From Actinomycetota bacterium (GTDB lineage Bacteria; Actinomycetota; CADDZG01; WHSQ01), in contig JBHENN010000097.1 in NCBI GenBank assembly GCA_046262015.1, positions 1,304 to 65,303 of the forward strand: 64,000 nt of DNA, in the 5' to 3' direction. The position numbers were made by a program, and so were the translations under genes. Positions 37,203-46,782 of this stretch are shown piece after piece. Within the stretch, counting starts at the first letter, position 1; each line of letters starts with the position of its first letter. The notes under the pieces are model-generated. The model was not told where the DNA came from. It worked only from the letters and a program-made list of their open reading frames with translations, and did not search any database.

Positions 37203-38716
37203 CCGCGCCCATCGGTTCGCTCGAGCGCTCCGCCGGCACCCGCGGCGACGGCCCCTTCCCACTCGTGTTCGAGCTGTCGCGGCCCGGCCGACGCGCGTGG
37301 TCGCTGCCCGAGTCCGGGGTCGATGGCCCGCCGCTCGAGGAGCTGATCCCGGCCGAACACCGGCGCGCGGCGGCCCCTGGGCTTCCTGAGGTCGGCGAGC
37401 TCGACCTGGTTCGGCACTACACGCGTCTGTCGCAACGGAACTGGGCGATCGACGTCGGTCCCTATCCGCTCGGTTCGTGCACGATGAAGTACAACCCCAA
37501 GGTCGCCGAAGACGCCGCTGCGCTACCCGGCTTCGCGGGGCTCCACCCCATGGCCGACGAGGAGTTGGTGCAAGGCGCCCTGGAGCTCCTCGGCGAGCTC
37601 GAGCGCGCCTTGTGCGCGGCGACCGGCATGGCGCGCCTGACCTTCCAGCCCGCAGCCGGCGCCCAGGGGGAGCTCACGGGGTTGCTGATGATGCGCGCGT
37701 TCCACCGCGCCCAGGGCGACGTCCGCACGCGCGTCATCATCCCGGACTCGGCGCACGGGACGAACCCTGCGAGCGTGAGCCTCGCCGGGTACCAGGCGCA
37801 GGAGGTCCCGTCCGATGCCCGCGGCCTCGTGGACCTGGGCGCCTTGCGATCGGTGCTCGACGAGCAGGTGGCGGGGCTGATGCTGACCAATCCCAACACG
37901 CTCGGCTTGTTCGAGACCGACATAGAAGAGATCGCCGCGGCGATGCACGAGGTCGGCGCTCTCCTCTATTACGACGGCGCCAACTTCAACTCGATCGTCG
38001 GCGTGACGCGACCGGGGGACATGGGCTTCGACATCGTCCACATGAACCTGCACAAGACCTTCGCCACGCCTCACGGCGGCGGAGGCCCCGGCTCCGGGCC
38101 GGTGGCGGTCTCCCAGAGGCTCGAACGGTTCCTCCCGGCGCCCGTGCTGGAGCACGACCCCGACGCGGGGCGGTGGCGGTGGGACCACGACCGCCCCGAC
38201 GCGATCGGGCGGATCCACTCGTTCTACGGGAACTTCGGGATCAACGTCCGCGCCTACGCTTACCTTCGCTCGCTGGGGCCGGAGGGGCTCCGCCGCGTGG
38301 CCGAGCTCGCCGTCCTCAACGCGAACTACCTGCGCACGCTGGTGAAGGACGCGTTCCCGACCGCGTACCCCGGCGCGTGCATGCACGAGTTCGTCTGCAC
38401 GGCCAAACCGCTCAAGAAACATGGCGTGAAGGCCATGGACGTCGCCAAACGTCTGATCGACCTCGGCTATCACCCTCCGACGGTGTACTTCCCGCTGGTC
38501 GTGGAGGAGGCCCTGATGGTCGAGCCCACCGAAACCGAGTCCAAGGAGACGATCGACGGGCTTGCCGCCGCCCTCAACCAGATCGCCCGCGAGGCCGCGG
38601 ACGATCCCGATCTCGTCCGCTCGGCGCCGACGACGACCCCGGTGCGCCGCCCCGACGAGGCGCGCGCGGCCCGCGCCCTGAAGTTGCGATGGACGGGCGG
38701 CAGCGCCGTCGGCTGA
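37199..38716 (+). CDS. gcvPB: Glycine dehydrogenase (decarboxylating) subunit 2
   Basis: PLGSCTMKYNP and the PLP-lysine context NLHKTF are present. ATG at 37199 overlaps the gcvPA stop. Confidence 0.9.
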   Translation: MTAPIGSLERSAGTRGDGPFPLVFELSRPGRRAWSLPESGVDGPPLEELIPAEHRRAAAPGLPEVGELDLVRHYTRLSQRNWAIDVGPYPLGSCTMKYNPKVAEDAAALPGFAGLHPMADEELVQGALELLGELERALCAATGMARLTFQPAAGAQGELTGLLMMRAFHRAQGDVRTRVIIPDSAHGTNPASVSLAGYQAQEVPSDARGLVDLGALRSVLDEQVAGLMLTNPNTLGLFETDIEEIAAAMHEVGALLYYDGANFNSIVGVTRPGDMGFDIVHMNLHKTFATPHGGGGPGSGPVAVSQRLERFLPAPVLEHDPDAGRWRWDHDRPDAIGRIHSFYGNFGINVRAYAYLRSLGPEGLRRVAELAVLNANYLRTLVKDAFPTAYPGACMHEFVCTAKPLKKHGVKAMDVAKRLIDLGYHPPTVYFPLVVEEALMVEPTETESKETIDGLAAALNQIAREAADDPDLVRSAPTTTPVRRPDEARAARALKLRWTGGSAVG

Positions 38717-38756
38717 GCCCGTCCGGCGTCGGCCTCGTCCGGAACTTCTCCGGGGT

Positions 38757-38770
38757 GCTACAGTCGTAGC
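38757..38770 (+). promoter_or_regulatory. Palindrome GCTACAGTCGTAGC abutting the antitoxin ATG; contains TACAGT placed 6 nt before ATG
   Basis: 5-bp inverted arms GCTAC/GTAGC. TACAGT at 38759-38764, ATG at 38771. Candidate autoregulatory operator plus leaderless promoter. Confidence 0.4.
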
Positions 38771-39028
38771 ATGTCTGAGCCACGCCGCGAGATCCCCCAG
38801 CGAGAGCTCCGGAACGACATCTCCCGCATCCTCCGGGAGGTGGCGGGAGGAAGCAGCCTGCGGGTGACGGTCAGGGGTCGCCCGGTGGCCGACCTTGTAC
38901 CGGTCGCCGAAGGCCGCCGCTTCGTTCCCCGTGCCGACGTCGAGCGCCTGGTGGATGATGCGCCGCTGGACGGCGGGTTCGCCCGCGCTATCGCCGGCGT
39001 TGTCGGAGCAACGATCGACGAGCTGTGA
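38771..39028 (+). CDS. Type II antitoxin (Phd/YefM- or VapB-type)
   Basis: 85 aa with RELRNDISRILREVAGGSSLRVTVRGRPVADLVPV. It overlaps the downstream PIN toxin gene by 4 nt. Confidence 0.75.
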   Translation: MSEPRREIPQRELRNDISRILREVAGGSSLRVTVRGRPVADLVPVAEGRRFVPRADVERLVDDAPLDGGFARAIAGVVGATIDEL

Positions 39029-39405
39029 AAGGCCTCCTCGACACTAGCGTTCTGATCGCCCGCGAGGACGGCGGTCGCCCGGGAGCGCTTCCGGAGGAGT
39101 CCGCGATCTCTGTGGTGACGCTAGCCGAGCTGCACATCGGGGTGCTGGTAGCAGACGACCCACGGGTCAGGGCGCGACGGATGCGCTCGTTGTCCGAGGT
39201 CGAGCGCAGCTTCGATGCCTTACCGATCGACAAGGACGTCGCCCGTAGCTTCGCGACGATCGTCGCGGATGCCCGAAACCACGGGAGGAAGCCGAAGATC
39301 ATGGACGCGTGGATCGCCGCCACCGCGGTCGCCCACGACCTGCCGGTCTACACGCGCGACGCGGACTTCGATCGCCTCGCCGATGTCCGGGTGATCCGGG
39401 TCTGA
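39025..39405 (+). CDS. vapC: PIN-domain ribonuclease toxin VapC
   Basis: LLDTSVLI start and conserved acidic residues (D5, E in LAELH, D near the C-terminus YTRDADF) are present. Confidence 0.85.
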   Translation: MKGLLDTSVLIAREDGGRPGALPEESAISVVTLAELHIGVLVADDPRVRARRMRSLSEVERSFDALPIDKDVARSFATIVADARNHGRKPKIMDAWIAATAVAHDLPVYTRDADFDRLADVRVIRV

Positions 39406-39464
39406 CGGAGGCCCGAACCCAACCCGCTGCTCCGGCGCGCGCCGAGCACGTCGACCGGCGCTTC

Positions 39465-40658
39465 GTGCTCCTCGCCGTGGTGGTCGCCTTCGCCGCTACC
39501 CGGGCGCTCCTGTTCGCCGGCGCGCACGGCGAGGTGAGCTTCCGCAACAGCTACGACGTCGAGATCTACGCGGGCTGGGGGAGCGAGGTCGTCGACCGCG
39601 GGCGCACCCCGTACTCGGAGGTGGCCATCGAATACCCCCCGGGGATGCTGCCGTTCGTGGCCGCCCCCGCGTTGGGCGAGGACGCCGCGTCCTACCGAGA
39701 CCGCTTCATCGTGATGATGGTGCTGGTCGACGTGCTCGCCTTCATCGGCCTCGTCTCGACCTCGTTGCGCTGGGGCTCGCTCCTGGGACCGGCGCTATGG
39801 GTGGCCGGGACCCTCCTGCTGGGGCCGGTGATCTACCTGCGGCTCGACCTCGTCCCGGCAGCGCTGACCGTCTGGGCGGTCGAACGCGCCGCGGCCGGGG
39901 GTTGGGCCGGGACGGGAGTCGCACTGGGCGCGGGGCTGATGGCGAAGGTCTATCCGATCGTGCTCCTTCCGGCCGCGCTCGCGGCCTCGGCGCGCCGGGC
40001 GCGCACCGCGCTCGGCGCCGCGACCGCGACGGTCCTCTTCTCGCTGCCCTTCGCCGGGTCGGCGGCAGAGCTGTGGCGCAGCGTGCTGGGCTACCACTCG
40101 GCGCGCGGGATCCACGCGGAGAGCTCCTGGGGGATCGGGCTCGCCATCGCGCGCTACCTCGGCTATCCGAGCGTCCCCAGCTACTCCTACGGCGCGATGC
40201 ACGTGGAGTCGACGGTCTCGTCCGCGCTCAAGGGTCCCGCTATGGCCGTCTCGATGGTGGTCCTGGTGGGAGCATCCGCCTGGGTGCTACGGCAACTTCG
40301 CCCGGGCGACGCGACCCTGATGCCGGTGGCGGCGTTCGGGACGCTCGCTCTGGTCATGGCGGCCGGGACGGTGTTCTCGCCCCAGTTCGTCGTGTGGCTG
40401 GTCGCGTTGGGGGCCGCGGGCCTGTGCAGCGGCGCCAACCTGCGGCGCGCCGGATGGTGGCTCGGCGCGGTGCTGGCGATCGCGGCTCTCACGCAGCTGC
40501 TGTTCCCCTACCTGATCGGGCGCTTCCTCGAGGGCGATCCGGCCGCGGTCTCGGTCGCCCTCGCCCGCAACCTGCTGGTGGCGATCGCCGGGGTGGGGGC
40601 GCTGGCGAGCCTGCGGCCCACGCCCGCCGGCACGGCCGGTCCGGGGGGGGAGGGCTAG
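39465..40658 (+). CDS. Polytopic membrane glycosyltransferase-like protein (DUF2029/GT87-like)
   Basis: IEYPPGMLP motif in the first loop and ~10 TM helices are present. The start (GTG 39465) is uncertain. Confidence 0.6.
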   Translation: MLLAVVVAFAATRALLFAGAHGEVSFRNSYDVEIYAGWGSEVVDRGRTPYSEVAIEYPPGMLPFVAAPALGEDAASYRDRFIVMMVLVDVLAFIGLVSTSLRWGSLLGPALWVAGTLLLGPVIYLRLDLVPAALTVWAVERAAAGGWAGTGVALGAGLMAKVYPIVLLPAALAASARRARTALGAATATVLFSLPFAGSAAELWRSVLGYHSARGIHAESSWGIGLAIARYLGYPSVPSYSYGAMHVESTVSSALKGPAMAVSMVVLVGASAWVLRQLRPGDATLMPVAAFGTLALVMAAGTVFSPQFVVWLVALGAAGLCSGANLRRAGWWLGAVLAIAALTQLLFPYLIGRFLEGDPAAVSVALARNLLVAIAGVGALASLRPTPAGTAGPGGEG

Positions 40659-40726
40659 GCCCGGGCGGCGTCGTCCGCCCACCCGTGGTGCAGGGGCGGA
40701 GGCGTCGAAGTCTAAAGTTATTCCCT

Positions 40727-41716
40727 ATGGCATCCCCCCGGAGGTCGGTGCTCGCCGCCCTCGTCGCGCTCGTCGCGGTCCTCCTCGGATCGATCCCGTC
40801 GGGCGCCCAGGTCGCCGACGTCGGCGCGGCCCAAACCCAGATATGCGACAACCCGGCGCGGACCGTGTCGCTCTTCGCCACGAGGATCGGTCCCCGCAAG
40901 GTCGGCTACGGGCTCACCCCCGGCAACCCCACCGTTCCGGGCCCCACGATCGAGATGACCGAGGGCGAATGCATCGCCATCAACCTCGTCAACGACAGCA
41001 ACATCCGGGTGGGGATCCATGCCCACGGGGTGGAATACACGGTGTTCAGCGACGGCACGCCGGTGAACGCGTCGTGCGTCCCACCGGGGCGGTCCCGTAC
41101 CTATCTGTTCTCGAGCCACCTCCCCGTCGTGCGGACCGACGGGACTATCGACCCCGGCAACGCCGGCTACTGGCACTACCACGACCACTGCGCCGGCACT
41201 CCGCACGGCACGCTCGGCCTCAAGAGGGGGCTCTTCGGCGCGCTGATCGTCCGCCGGCCCGGAGACCCCGTCCCCGACCGCCCTCCGTTCGTGGTCGTGA
41301 TGGGCCCGGGCCAGAAGATCAACCTGCAGAAGGCTCCCAACATCCGCATGTTCAAGGCGAACCAGGGCCAGCGAATCGAGTTCGTGGTGATCGGCCACGG
41401 CGACGAGTTCCACACCTTCCATCTCCACGGCCACCGCTGGGCGAACACCCGCACCGGCTACATCACCGACCTGAAGGACACCGCGCGCCTGATCGACAAC
41501 CGCACCGTCGGGCCCGCGGACTCCTTCGGCTTCCAGGTGGTCGCCGGCGAGCGGGTCGGGCCGGGCGCGTGGATGTTCCACTGCCACGTCCAGTTCCACT
41601 CGGACGGCGGCATGGTGAGCCTGCTACTCGTGCGCACCCCCGACGGTCGGGTGACGCCGCAAGAGAAGGCCGCGGTCCGGCGCTTCAAGAAACAAGAGGG
41701 TCACGGCGGTCACTGA
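40727..41716 (+). CDS. Two-domain multicopper oxidase (small laccase-like)
   Basis: Four copper-ligand motifs are present: HAHG, WHYHDH, HTFHLHGH and HCHVQFH. It has a signal peptide. About 330 aa fits the two-domain type. Confidence 0.85.
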   Translation: MASPRRSVLAALVALVAVLLGSIPSGAQVADVGAAQTQICDNPARTVSLFATRIGPRKVGYGLTPGNPTVPGPTIEMTEGECIAINLVNDSNIRVGIHAHGVEYTVFSDGTPVNASCVPPGRSRTYLFSSHLPVVRTDGTIDPGNAGYWHYHDHCAGTPHGTLGLKRGLFGALIVRRPGDPVPDRPPFVVVMGPGQKINLQKAPNIRMFKANQGQRIEFVVIGHGDEFHTFHLHGHRWANTRTGYITDLKDTARLIDNRTVGPADSFGFQVVAGERVGPGAWMFHCHVQFHSDGGMVSLLLVRTPDGRVTPQEKAAVRRFKKQEGHGGH

Positions 41717-41717
41717 G

Positions 41718-43232
41718 GTGGGCCGCTCTCGCTCCGTGGGACCCGTGCGACGCGCCCTGCGCGTGCTCCCGGTCCTCGGACTGGTCGCTTCGGCGCTCGC
41801 GGGGACCACCTCCCCGGCGCGCGCCGCCACGGCTGCGGTCGCCATACGTGACAACTTCTTCTCACCCCGGGAGGTACGGATCGATCCGGGCGACCGGGTC
41901 GTCTGGACCAACGAGACCACTAACGACCACACGGTCACGTCCGACGAACGCCTCTTCGACTCGAGGAGGCTCGAGCCGGGCGAGACCTTCGCGCGCACCT
42001 TCCGCAAGGAGGGCTACTACTTCTATCACTGCAAGCTGCACGGGGCGAAGGACCGGGTGGGGATGTGGGGAGTGGTGATCGTCGGAGATCCGCCGGTTCC
42101 GCCCGAGCTGCGGAAGCGGGGCAACGTCCGCCCGAAGATGGTGGTTCCGCGTGACTTCCCCACGATCCAGGCCGCGGTCGACCGCGCCAGCCCTCGCACC
42201 CGCATCCTGATCCGCCCCGGCGTCTACCGCGAGGACGTGGTAGTCACGACACGCGGCCTGATCCTGCAAGGGGTCGACCGGTTCCGGACCGTGATCCACG
42301 GGGGGGACAAGAAGTACAACGGGATCCTCGTCGACGGTGCGAACAACGTGACGGTCAGGAACCTCACGGTGCGCAACTACCTGACCAACGGCATCTTCTT
42401 CAACAACGTCACCGGCTACACGGTGAACCGCGTCGATGCGATCAAGGGGCGCACCTACGGGATCTACGCATTCGACTCCTACGACGGCGTCATCAAGAAC
42501 TCGTTCGCATGGGGCAGCGGGGACGGTGGGATCTACGTCGGCCAGTGCTTCGGGTGCGGGGCGGTGATCGAGAACGTGACCTCCCAATACAGCTACCTCG
42601 GCTACTCGGGCACGAATGCCACGGGCGTCACCATCCGCGACTCGGTGTTCAAGCACAACGGCGCCGGCATCGTCCCCAACACGCTTCCGACCGAGGACCT
42701 CGGACCCGGGCGCGGCACCTTCATCTACAACAACCTCGTCGTGAAGAACAACTACGAGACCGTCCCGGCGGCCGGGTTCTCCGAGGACGCCGGCATCCCC
42801 TTCGGGACGGGGGTCTGGCTGGCCGGTGTGTCCAACAACGTCGTCCGCGACAACGACATCAGGAACCACAAGCGCTATGGGGTGCTCGTCTCCCAGAGCC
42901 TCGACGAGAGCCTGCCGATGAACAACACCGTGGTCGGCAACCGGGTCCGCAACTCAGATTCGGACGGGAACGGCTACGGCTACGACCTCGCGTGGGACGG
43001 GACCGGCGCGAACAACTGCTTCACCCGCAACAAGGTCCGCGGCCCCACCGGACCACCCCGTATCCAGCTGCTGTTCGCGTGCGCCAATCGACCGTTCGTC
43101 GGCGCACCGTTCCCACCGGTGCAAGCCGACCTCGCGGTGTCGCTGACGGCCGTGGCGACGCGCCCCCAGAAGGAGCCGCCCGAGCCCAACCGCCCACGCT
43201 GCCAGCGAGGGCGCGCCGGGTGCTCGAGGTGA
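41718..43232 (+). CDS. Secreted cupredoxin domain fused to right-handed parallel beta-helix (NosD-like) domain
   Basis: Type-1 Cu ligand pattern (NDHTV ... YHCKLHG...GMWG). This is followed by repetitive beta-helix segments (NGIFFNN, GIYAFDS, GIYVGQC, GYSGTN). Confidence 0.7.
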   Translation: MGRSRSVGPVRRALRVLPVLGLVASALAGTTSPARAATAAVAIRDNFFSPREVRIDPGDRVVWTNETTNDHTVTSDERLFDSRRLEPGETFARTFRKEGYYFYHCKLHGAKDRVGMWGVVIVGDPPVPPELRKRGNVRPKMVVPRDFPTIQAAVDRASPRTRILIRPGVYREDVVVTTRGLILQGVDRFRTVIHGGDKKYNGILVDGANNVTVRNLTVRNYLTNGIFFNNVTGYTVNRVDAIKGRTYGIYAFDSYDGVIKNSFAWGSGDGGIYVGQCFGCGAVIENVTSQYSYLGYSGTNATGVTIRDSVFKHNGAGIVPNTLPTEDLGPGRGTFIYNNLVVKNNYETVPAAGFSEDAGIPFGTGVWLAGVSNNVVRDNDIRNHKRYGVLVSQSLDESLPMNNTVVGNRVRNSDSDGNGYGYDLAWDGTGANNCFTRNKVRGPTGPPRIQLLFACANRPFVGAPFPPVQADLAVSLTAVATRPQKEPPEPNRPRCQRGRAGCSR

Positions 43233-44986
43233 GGACGCCGGCGAGGCGCGTCCTCGCCGGTGGGGGAGCGGGGCTGGCGCTGCTAGCGGCTGCGGCGTGG
43301 CCGTCTCCGCAAGCGCCGCCCGCGCGTGCGGCCACGGCGGCCGCCCAGGGGCCAACGACGCTCGACCGCACGATCGTCGCGAAAGGCGAGCGGGACCTCG
43401 CGTACGGCGGGGGGGAGCCGCGTATCACGCGCCATCTCGACTGGCCCCACGGACGCGGCGGAGGCCGGGCGCTCGCCGGCTTCAAGCACCTCAGCGACGT
43501 CCACGTGATCGACGAGGAGTCCCCGGCGAGGGTCGAATGGATGGACGCATGCACCGTGCCGGAACTGGGGACCCAGGACGAGGCGGACAAGGGCGTTACG
43601 GGCGCGTACCGCGTTCACGAGTCGCTCTCGACCCAGGTGGGCGACGCCATGCTTCGGCGCCTGGCGGCCATCACCCGCGGGCCCGCCACGAACGTCCCGC
43701 TGAGCTTCGCTATCTCGACCGGGGACAACGCCGATAACAATCAGGTCAACGAGACCCGCTGGTTCGTCGACCTGCTCGACGGGGAGGTGGTCGACCCGAA
43801 CTCGGGTGCGAGGAGCTACGACGGCTACACGCGCGAGCAGTTCGCGGACGCGCTCGATCTCGAGACCCTCGAGCTCGCCCAGCAGCCGTTCGACGCGATC
43901 GGAACCAAGATCCCGTGGTACGCGGTCCTCGGCAACCACGACGGCCTCGCCCAGGGCAACGCGCCCGGCTTCCCGTTCGAGAGCATCGCCGTCGGCGGCC
44001 GCAAGGTCTTCATCGCGATCGAGGGTTACTCGAACTGCCCCGACGGGCCCGACGACCTCCAGGGCCTCCAGGACATCGTGACCGCCGCCCTGAGCAACTC
44101 GTCGCGCGAGGTGCCGGCCGATCCCGCGCGTCACTTCATGACCCACGATGAGCTCGTGGAGCAATATTTCGACACGACCGGTAAGCCCGTCGGCCACGGC
44201 CTCGCGCGGGCGCCCCAGGACCCGATGTTCGGGTCGCGCGCCGGGTACTACAGCTTCCCGATCGCCCCGAAGATCCGCGGGATCAGCCTGGATACGATCG
44301 CCTACGCCGGGGGCGACGACGGTCACATACCCGATCCTCAGTTCCGCTGGCTGGAGGAGGAGCTGCTGAAGTGGTCGCGAGTGTACCTCGACCCGACGGG
44401 CGCGCACGCCCGCAACCCGGGCGGGAAGGACCGCATGATCGTGCTGTTCTCACACCACTCCTCGCCGAAGCTGGCGAATCCCGGGGTCGACCCGGCGGGT
44501 GCGCCCTACCACTGCTTCCGGCGGACCGACCAGCCCGAGTGCGCGGACGGCGAGGGTCTGGACGGCCTGCTGAAGCGCTTCCCCAACGTGATCGCATGGG
44601 TCAACGGCCACGAGCACAACAACGCCGTCCGCCGCTTCCCCGCGGCCGCGGGCCAAGACCCCGACCGAGGCTACTGGGAGCTGAACACCGCGGCGCACAT
44701 CGACTGGCCCCAGCAGGCCCGGCTGATCGAGATCGCGTGGAAGCCGGGACGAGGGCGACGCGCGGACACGGTCTTCATCTACGGGACGGTGGTCGACCAC
44801 GCCGCGGCGCCCGATCCGGATCGTGCACGGCAATCACCGATCGCATATCTCGCCTCGCTCTCACGCGTCGAGGCCTACTACGACGCGTGCGTGCGGACGG
44901 CCCAGGCCAAGTGCATCGCGAGCGGAAGACCGAAGGACAGGAACGTGAAGCTCGTGCAGAAAGCGCCTTTCGACCTCGGGCGCTGA
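43229..44986 (+). CDS. Secreted calcineurin-like metallophosphoesterase (Tat/signal-type N-terminus)
   Basis: DVHVIDEES, STGDNADN and LGNHDG metallophosphoesterase motifs are present. GTG at 43229 overlaps the upstream stop. Confidence 0.7.
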   Translation: MRTPARRVLAGGGAGLALLAAAAWPSPQAPPARAATAAAQGPTTLDRTIVAKGERDLAYGGGEPRITRHLDWPHGRGGGRALAGFKHLSDVHVIDEESPARVEWMDACTVPELGTQDEADKGVTGAYRVHESLSTQVGDAMLRRLAAITRGPATNVPLSFAISTGDNADNNQVNETRWFVDLLDGEVVDPNSGARSYDGYTREQFADALDLETLELAQQPFDAIGTKIPWYAVLGNHDGLAQGNAPGFPFESIAVGGRKVFIAIEGYSNCPDGPDDLQGLQDIVTAALSNSSREVPADPARHFMTHDELVEQYFDTTGKPVGHGLARAPQDPMFGSRAGYYSFPIAPKIRGISLDTIAYAGGDDGHIPDPQFRWLEEELLKWSRVYLDPTGAHARNPGGKDRMIVLFSHHSSPKLANPGVDPAGAPYHCFRRTDQPECADGEGLDGLLKRFPNVIAWVNGHEHNNAVRRFPAAAGQDPDRGYWELNTAAHIDWPQQARLIEIAWKPGRGRRADTVFIYGTVVDHAAAPDPDRARQSPIAYLASLSRVEAYYDACVRTAQAKCIASGRPKDRNVKLVQKAPFDLGR

Positions 44987-45048
44987 CCCCGTCGCCGGGC
45001 GATGACGCGCTCTCATGCGCGGCTGCGCCCGTATAGTCGATGAGAGAC

Positions 45049-46071
45049 ATGGCCACCTCCCCGGCCGTCGCCACACCGATCGCGACCCGGCGCGCGCCCG
45101 TGCTCGTCGGCGCGGCGGTGGTGGCCGCGCTCGTCGCTGCCCGTCTCCTCGACCTCGGCGAAACCGCGGTCGCTCCGATGTTCGTCATCATCTTCACCGC
45201 GATCTTCACCGAGGCACTGCCGTTCGTCCTCCTCGGCGCGATCGCCGCCGCGGCGATCGAGGTCTACGTCTCCGACACCGCGTTCGCGCGCGTCGCACGC
45301 CTGCCGGTTGCGCTCCAGCTCCCCGCGGCGGCTCTGGGGGGATTCGCCTTCCCCGTCTGTGAATGCGGGTCGGTGCCGGTGGCGCGCCGGCTGATCCGCC
45401 GCGGCATCCATCCCTCTGCGGGGCTCGCGTTCATGCTCGCGTCGCCGATCTTCAATCCGATCGTCCTGGCATCGACCTACATCGCGTACCAACAGCGACT
45501 GCTCGGCATGCAGATGGTTGTGGCCCGAGCGGCGCTGGGATTCGGTGTCGCGCTGGTCGTCGCGTGGGCGTTGGGATCCGATGGAGCCAAGGAGCTGCTG
45601 CGATCGCGTCCCGACGATGTCGTCGAGCCCGCGTCCGGCGAAACGGACGGTACCTCGCGCTCCCGGGGGAGGGACTTCGTCGGGCATCTGACCGCCGACC
45701 TCTTCTTCATGGGCAGGTTCCTCTTGCTCGGGGCCGCGATCTCGGCCGCGCTGCAGACCGCGCTCCCGCAGAGCCTCATCGCGGGTATCGCACGCACGCC
45801 GCTCGTCGCCGGCCTGGCGCTGATGGCGGTGGCGTACGTCTCGTCGCTGTGCTCCGAAGCCGACGCGTTCGTGGCCGTCTCGTTCAGCCAGTTCCCGTTG
45901 AGCTCGCAGCTCGCCTTCCTCGTGTTCGGGCCCATCCTCGACCTCAAGCTGACACTGCTGTACGGCGCGACCTTCCGCCGGAGGTTCGCGCTGCGGCTGG
46001 CACTGACCGCGGTGCCGGTGGTGCTTGCCGGCACGCTCTGGTTCGAAGTCTTGATCGGAGCCCCCGCGTGA
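45049..46071 (+). CDS. Permease (PF03773/DUF318-type) with CxC motif
   Basis: Polytopic protein with FPVCECGSVPVARRL. TATAGT at 45032-45037 lies 2 nt before the first ATG (45040), so ATG 45049 is preferred. Confidence 0.7.
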   Translation: MATSPAVATPIATRRAPVLVGAAVVAALVAARLLDLGETAVAPMFVIIFTAIFTEALPFVLLGAIAAAAIEVYVSDTAFARVARLPVALQLPAAALGGFAFPVCECGSVPVARRLIRRGIHPSAGLAFMLASPIFNPIVLASTYIAYQQRLLGMQMVVARAALGFGVALVVAWALGSDGAKELLRSRPDDVVEPASGETDGTSRSRGRDFVGHLTADLFFMGRFLLLGAAISAALQTALPQSLIAGIARTPLVAGLALMAVAYVSSLCSEADAFVAVSFSQFPLSSQLAFLVFGPILDLKLTLLYGATFRRRFALRLALTAVPVVLAGTLWFEVLIGAPA

Positions 46072-46775
46072 CCAGGCAGCGCCTCCACCTCGTCGTGGTA
46101 GCAGCCTGGGCCGTGTTCTTCGTGTGGTTGATCGCCACCGGAGAGATCGTGCGCTACATCGGCCCCCGAACGAAGTGGGTCGTGTGGTTCGGAGCCGCCG
46201 CACTGATCGCCACGGGGATCGCACTCGCCGTGGTGGCGCGCCGCCCGGATCCTCGGCGCGCCGCGCCGCTTGGGGTGGGGGAGACGATCGGCATACTGGC
46301 CCTGCTGCTTCCGATCGTCGCGGTCGTCGTGGTGCCCCAACCGAACCTGGGGGCCCTGGGAGCTTCCCGCAAGCTGATCGGAGGGCTGGCCGCGACCGGC
46401 GGGTTCGTCCCGGTACCGGATGGCGGAGCGGTCTCGTTCCAGGAGATCAGCTTCGCCTCCCGGTCCCCGGGATACGCAGCGTCCCTCGGGGTGAGCGAGG
46501 GCGTCCCGGTCGACCTCACCGGGTTCGTGACGCACCCGGCCGGATCGCCGCCCGGGACGTTCGCGCTGACCCGTTTCGCGATCTTCTGCTGCGCCGCCGA
46601 CGCGACCCCTTACTCGGTCGCGGTCGATCCCACGGGTGCCGCGGGGAACGATGACTTCCCCGACGACACCTGGCTCACGGTGAAGGGAGCTCTCGCGCGC
46701 GTGGACGGCTCGTTCGTGCTGCTCGCCGACGACATCATCGCTGTCGACGAGCCCAAAGACCCGTACGTCTACTGA
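46068..46775 (+). CDS. TIGR03943-like putative permease subunit
   Basis: Two N-terminal TM helices plus a C-terminal domain (FAIFCCAADA). It overlaps the upstream permease stop, which is the usual pairing. Confidence 0.6.
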   Translation: MTRQRLHLVVVAAWAVFFVWLIATGEIVRYIGPRTKWVVWFGAAALIATGIALAVVARRPDPRRAAPLGVGETIGILALLLPIVAVVVVPQPNLGALGASRKLIGGLAATGGFVPVPDGGAVSFQEISFASRSPGYAASLGVSEGVPVDLTGFVTHPAGSPPGTFALTRFAIFCCAADATPYSVAVDPTGAAGNDDFPDDTWLTVKGALARVDGSFVLLADDIIAVDEPKDPYVY

Positions 46776-46782
46776 GGTCCGG

